A stretch of 37,109 bases of DNA, taken from contig JAFGSO010000158.1 of NCBI GenBank assembly GCA_016934605.1, positions 1-37,109 of the forward strand. Direction: 5' to 3'. How positions within the stretch are numbered: position 1 is the stretch's first letter; the number at the start of each line of letters is the position of its first letter. Both the position numbers and the translations under genes were made by a program. Positions 33,618-37,109 of the stretch are shown here, piece after piece. The stretch comes from Calditrichota bacterium (GTDB lineage: Bacteria; Calditrichota; Calditrichia; RBG-13-44-9). The notes under the pieces were generated by a model. The model saw nothing but the letters and a program-made list of their open reading frames with translations. It was not told the origin of the DNA and searched no databases.

Positions 33618-35627
33618 CTATCTCATCAGCACCATCTTCTTCGTCTCCACATAGTCCCCTGCCTGCAGCCTGTAATAATAAACACCGCTGGCATATTTGC
33701 CCGCATCCCATTGAAATTCATAGGAACCGGAAAGCAGAAAATCAGAAAGCAGGGTGGCGACTTCCTCTCCCAGGATGTTGTAAATTTTTAGAGTGACTTC
33801 CGTATTCATCGGCAGTTCGAACTCGATGGTTGTACGCGGATTGAATGGATTTGGGTAATTCTGGTATAGTGTCAGGTTAGCGGGAATAGCTTTCACTTCA
33901 GATGCTATGGCAGTTGTGGTGTCATCCAGATAATATACTGTCAGGCGCGGATGATTCATGAACCATTCATCATCATTGTCTGCAAAATAGAAATATCGGT
34001 CATTGGGATAAGTATCCGCTTTTTCAAACAGGATTCCGCAGTTGCTGTCCGGGTGATCGATCCACGTCTGTATCAATTCAGCAGGCAGATTCACCGTGCC
34101 GTCAAAAGAAATACCTGTACCGTCACCTTTTATCATGAAGGCAGCTACCGGATCTGCTGCACGGTCGCTGTTTCCCTTGCAACCCGGCACTTCCCAGGTT
34201 TCAATATTATGCCTGGCTGAATTCCAGGTAACTTCTCCTGTCTGGGCATCGGCATGATTTCGTCCCTGCCCTTCGTTCCAGTTTTTCAATATTTTGTATA
34301 TCCCGATATTCGCCACATGAGAGCTGTTGGTGGTATTCTCCACACCTCCGGCAAATATAAAGGTTAACTTGCCGCCGATAATCCTCTTCCCGGCTAAATG
34401 CTGTTCCAAATCTCTGAATTGTACCAGACCGGAATCCCACCAGTACAGGGTATCAACTGCAGTTGAGCCACGAAGCCCGTAATTGCTGTTGGGATAATTA
34501 TGATAAATAACAGTTGCCTCACATCCGTCATAACCCTCCAGACCATTCTGGAAAACGATTTCATGATGTCCATCCGGTTTAAAAGGGAATATTGCTTCAT
34601 TACTATCCTCAAAAGCTGATGACAGGGCTCGAACTGCGAAATAATGTACTGAATCAGGCTCCAGGCCTGTTATCTCATATTCCAGTTCATAGGTTTCATA
34701 ATCTGGGAAATCAAAGTTTAACGCACCTTCTTCAGTGGAATGAAATATCTGATAGAGGACAGAATCAACTGACTTTGCTTTCCACCAGGTTATTTTTACC
34801 TTGCCTGGTTCATCCGGAAATCCCGATACCTCGGAAACACCATGGAATTTACGCTGCATGACTTTATTTCTGAAATTTCCTAAAATAACAGGACCGGCAG
34901 TACTGGGATGGTAGGTACTTTCGATATGCAGTTGTGTGCCATAAAGGGGCATGGTTATATGTTTAACAAAAGTGTTATAACAGGTCCGGGTAGTAGCATA
35001 ATTCTGATAACAGTCTGGAATATCCACGATGCTGAAACTATGTGCAGCCCAGGCAGTGTAGGGATTGGGACTGCCGTTAAAAATTTCATCATTCATGTGA
35101 ATATCAGCTGTCTGATAGCCCTGCTCACCGCTCCTACGGGCACAGATACTTCCCTGTGCCATTTGTAAAAATTGGTGCCCGGCGCAGAAACCAAATGCAG
35201 GCCGGCCGGGATTTTTCAGGAGTTCGATATAGGAATTCAGGCTGCCGTCATAGAATGGAACATCCGAAGTAGATCCACCTTTTATCAGGAAAGCATCGGC
35301 GTCAACCGAATCTGCCCGTTCAGGCGAGGCATAATACCAGTTGTCGGTAACAACATATACATTTTCAAAACTTAAGTAGTTGTTCATAAATACAGGTATT
35401 AAGCTGGGAGGAGAGGCGGGTTTGTCGCCATATTCCACTGTATAGATAATTGTGGAATCCTGATATGCATTTTCTGAACTAAAGAGTATTTGAGGAGAAG
35501 TGTTTTCTTCAATATGCCGATCAGCAGGGGCAAGATCACTGCTGTATATCGGGTCTATCTGAGCAATAATGACGGATGTCAGTGAAAAAAACAAGGTAAC
35601 AGCTAAAAATGAAGAAAAGTATTTCAT
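33618..35627 (-). CDS. Secreted class I glutamine-amidotransferase-like domain protein with FN3-like and DNRLRE/CBM-like regions and T9SS sorting domain
   Basis: 669-aa ORF with signal peptide MKYFSSFLAVTLFFSLTSVIIAQ. PAFGFCAGHQFLQMAQG (nucleophile elbow, Cys148, codon 35184-35186) and LYGTQLHIES (His234/Glu236) align with the GATase1 motifs G.C.GHQ and GVQFHPE. KVKITWWKAKSVDSVLYQIFHS...YEITGLEPDSVHYFAVRA looks like FN3. YHNYPNSNYG...LVQFRDLEQHLAGKRIIGGKLTF resembles a DNRLRE domain. Tail NYPNPFNPRTTIEFELPMNTEVTLKIYNILGEEVATL...KMVLMR. Confidence 0.88.
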   Translation of the reverse strand: MKYFSSFLAVTLFFSLTSVIIAQIDPIYSSDLAPADRHIEENTSPQILFSSENAYQDSTIIYTVEYGDKPASPPSLIPVFMNNYLSFENVYVVTDNWYYASPERADSVDADAFLIKGGSTSDVPFYDGSLNSYIELLKNPGRPAFGFCAGHQFLQMAQGSICARRSGEQGYQTADIHMNDEIFNGSPNPYTAWAAHSFSIVDIPDCYQNYATTRTCYNTFVKHITMPLYGTQLHIESTYHPSTAGPVILGNFRNKVMQRKFHGVSEVSGFPDEPGKVKITWWKAKSVDSVLYQIFHSTEEGALNFDFPDYETYELEYEITGLEPDSVHYFAVRALSSAFEDSNEAIFPFKPDGHHEIVFQNGLEGYDGCEATVIYHNYPNSNYGLRGSTAVDTLYWWDSGLVQFRDLEQHLAGKRIIGGKLTFIFAGGVENTTNSSHVANIGIYKILKNWNEGQGRNHADAQTGEVTWNSARHNIETWEVPGCKGNSDRAADPVAAFMIKGDGTGISFDGTVNLPAELIQTWIDHPDSNCGILFEKADTYPNDRYFYFADNDDEWFMNHPRLTVYYLDDTTTAIASEVKAIPANLTLYQNYPNPFNPRTTIEFELPMNTEVTLKIYNILGEEVATLLSDFLLSGSYEFQWDAGKYASGVYYYRLQAGDYVETKKMVLMR

Positions 35628-35874
35628 AACAGACGTCCTTTTTTTCTGTTAAATATAAATCAATATACAAAACAATAATTTGTTAACAATACCGATCATT
35701 TTTTTTGAGAAAGGAGTAATTTCGAGGGGATTGTAAGATTTTTCTGTATAATTGCGAGAAGCTGCCCATTGAAATGTTCAAACAACAAGACTGTGTATTT
35801 CAAAAAACCTTTTCTATAAGAATGATACGATGCCACTTTAATAGCACAGGACCAGGTAATTTTTTCTGATGTTA

Positions 35875-36059
35875 GGGGTTGTATCAAAAGTCAAAATATG
35901 TGTATAAATATGAATATCGCCTTTCAGAATGCACTTATTAACTCACCCCCAACCCCCTCTCTTGACAAGAGAGGGGGCGAAGGGGGTGAGTTCATTTAAA
36001 TCACGATTATAAATAATAATGTATATATTTCCATTAAATTGGACTTTTGATACAGCCCC
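35875..36059. repeat. MITE-like 185-nt element: 18-nt terminal inverted repeats enclosing a 53-nt C-run/G-run palindrome
   Basis: The terminal repeats are ggggttgtatcaaaagtc (35875-35892) and gacttttgatacagcccc (36042-36059), complementary at 17 of 18 positions. The central palindrome is aactcaccccc aa ccccctctctt gac aagagaggggg cgaa gggggtgagtt (35940-35992). AT-rich segments lie between the palindrome and the terminal repeats. Confidence 0.7.
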
Positions 36060-36466
36060 ATACCAGACCATGTTTTTTGTGAGGAGAATCCCTGGTTATC
36101 AGCCGTCCCGATGGGACGGATAGGATGGCGGGAAGATGCGCTTCCCCGGCGATGAATTTCCGGGGTAAAGTCAAAGGAGATATATAAAAATTCATTGACG
36201 CCCGGAACAGTGATAGAAAAAACCTTATTTTGGACAGGAATGGTAAAGAAAAAGAGATTATTATAGATATTTCTGGGAATTCACAGTTTGTTTGTTATAT
36301 GAATTCCGATAGCACTATTGCAATCGCTTTTGAGCTTGAAGATGCATCCGGGAATAAAGCTTCATTTGTAATACATATTTCTGATAATGCGGAATCTTAA
36401 GATTAAGTTTTTTAGCCAGTGACACAATCTTTCATATATGTTATCTCATATATGAAGTCACCCGTT

Positions 36467-37109
36467 TTAATTTTTCACCGCCAGTATACCGTTATATTCC
36501 TCCATGGATTTTAGTACGCCCAGAGCCTTATCCACTGTTTCGTCATACTTGAGAAGAGTGGCAATTCGCCCCGAGGTTCCGCCCAGCTTTTCAGCAAATT
36601 CGGATTCAAGCGCTTTCTTGACCTCTTCCACATTCCGGTCGAATTCTGCCTCTTTTTCATTTTCCAATTTCTGCAGGGCAACCTTCACCAGATCCATCAG
36701 ATCCGCATCATAATTCTCTTCCTGGGCAATTCCGATAAATGATTTCAGTTCTTCTTCACCCTCAATCTCAAAAGTCATCTTCTTCTCGGCCAGATAACTG
36801 CGAAAATCATTCAGAATTTCCGGAGTAACAGTAAATCCATTGGTAAGATCTATCTCCGGATGGTCAGCCAGATAATCCACGGTAAACTGAAAAAAATGTC
36901 CTTCTGCCCAGATAGCAGCCACGTATTGATCCACCTTCTCGGGAGTTACTTCGATATCAGGTTTAATTCCGCCGCCGCCATGAACGACTCGTCCATTTTT
37001 GGTGAAGTAATTTTTATGGTTATCATAATCTGTGCTGTCACTCAGATCCAGAAACACGTTTTTATTCTTTTTATAATCCTCTTTTTGAATACAGCGTCCG
37101 GAAGGTATA
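36467..37109 (-). CDS. C-terminal processing peptidase (S41 family), 5'-truncated by the window edge
   Basis: The frame is open to the window end (…IPSGRCIQKEDYKKNKNVFLDLSDS…). YTPSGR.IQ-like and GRVVHGGGGIKPDIEV are characteristic S41/Ctp motifs. An acidic helical C-terminal extension follows. The ORF-track start at 37057 is an internal GTG. Confidence 0.8.
   Translation of the reverse strand, partial: IPSGRCIQKEDYKKNKNVFLDLSDSTDYDNHKNYFTKNGRVVHGGGGIKPDIEVTPEKVDQYVAAIWAEGHFFQFTVDYLADHPEIDLTNGFTVTPEILNDFRSYLAEKKMTFEIEGEEELKSFIGIAQEENYDADLMDLVKVALQKLENEKEAEFDRNVEEVKKALESEFAEKLGGTSGRIATLLKYDETVDKALGVLKSMEEYNGILAVKN

Noticed and set aside
35696-35887. 63-aa minus-strand ORF between the GATase-like gene and the MITE-like element.
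   Set aside because: It has no RBS and no motifs, lies in an AT-rich leader region, and overlaps the terminal inverted repeat of the element.
36188-36399. Open frame encoding …LILDRNGKEKEIIIDISGNSQFVCYMNSDSTIAIAFELEDASGNKASFVIHISDNAES.
   Set aside because: There is no ATG until 33 codons from the end, and no RBS for the in-frame TTG. It is possibly a decayed gene fragment, but I cannot support a call.

Overview
This window looks like an accessory island from a bacterium that uses a type IX secretion system (T9SS). That points to the FCB group, but I cannot assign a taxon from the sequence alone. All long genes but one are on the minus strand.

Gene content:
- Eight intact genes end in the T9SS type-A C-terminal sorting domain (NYPNPFNP...ASGVYLYRLQAGDYVETRKM(I/V)LMR). 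A ninth copy survives only as a 3' remnant.
- The cargo proteins are modular. Their modules include 5-bladed GH-like propellers, pectate-lyase-type parallel beta-helices, an alpha/beta hydrolase, a class I glutamine-amidotransferase-like domain, and two tandem-repeat families.
- Three sensory systems are interleaved with the cargo genes. There are two AraC-type hybrid two-component sensors (9911-13426 and 28982-33235), the 3' stump of a third (7686-7754), and a propeller histidine kinase with a LuxR/NarL-type response regulator (19807-23893).
- No SusC/SusD or TonB-dependent transporter gene is present.
- The only plus-strand gene is an AAA/DUF4143-type ATPase (7961-9265). It sits between two truncated genes.
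- A partial S41 C-terminal processing protease runs off the right edge.

Most notable observations:
1. A 74-nt imperfect palindrome lies in frame at the same point of the ATPase domain of both hybrid kinases. The two copies differ at 3 of 74 positions, while the flanking coding DNA is much more diverged. Its exact 21-nt core recurs twice in non-coding DNA.
2. One hybrid sensor has a Pmp-like (GGAI/FxxN) parallel beta-helix as its periplasmic domain instead of the usual propeller/Y_Y_Y module. It is co-transcribed with a secreted LamG lectin-like protein.
3. Intergenic spacers are built from degenerate heptanucleotide tandem arrays arranged as inverted arms.
4. Two pairs of conserved upstream motifs may be operators.
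5. A 185-nt MITE-like hairpin element is present.
6. One T9SS cargo protein carries an intact GATase1 Cys-His-Glu triad.

All functional calls rest on motif recognition by eye. No database search was run.
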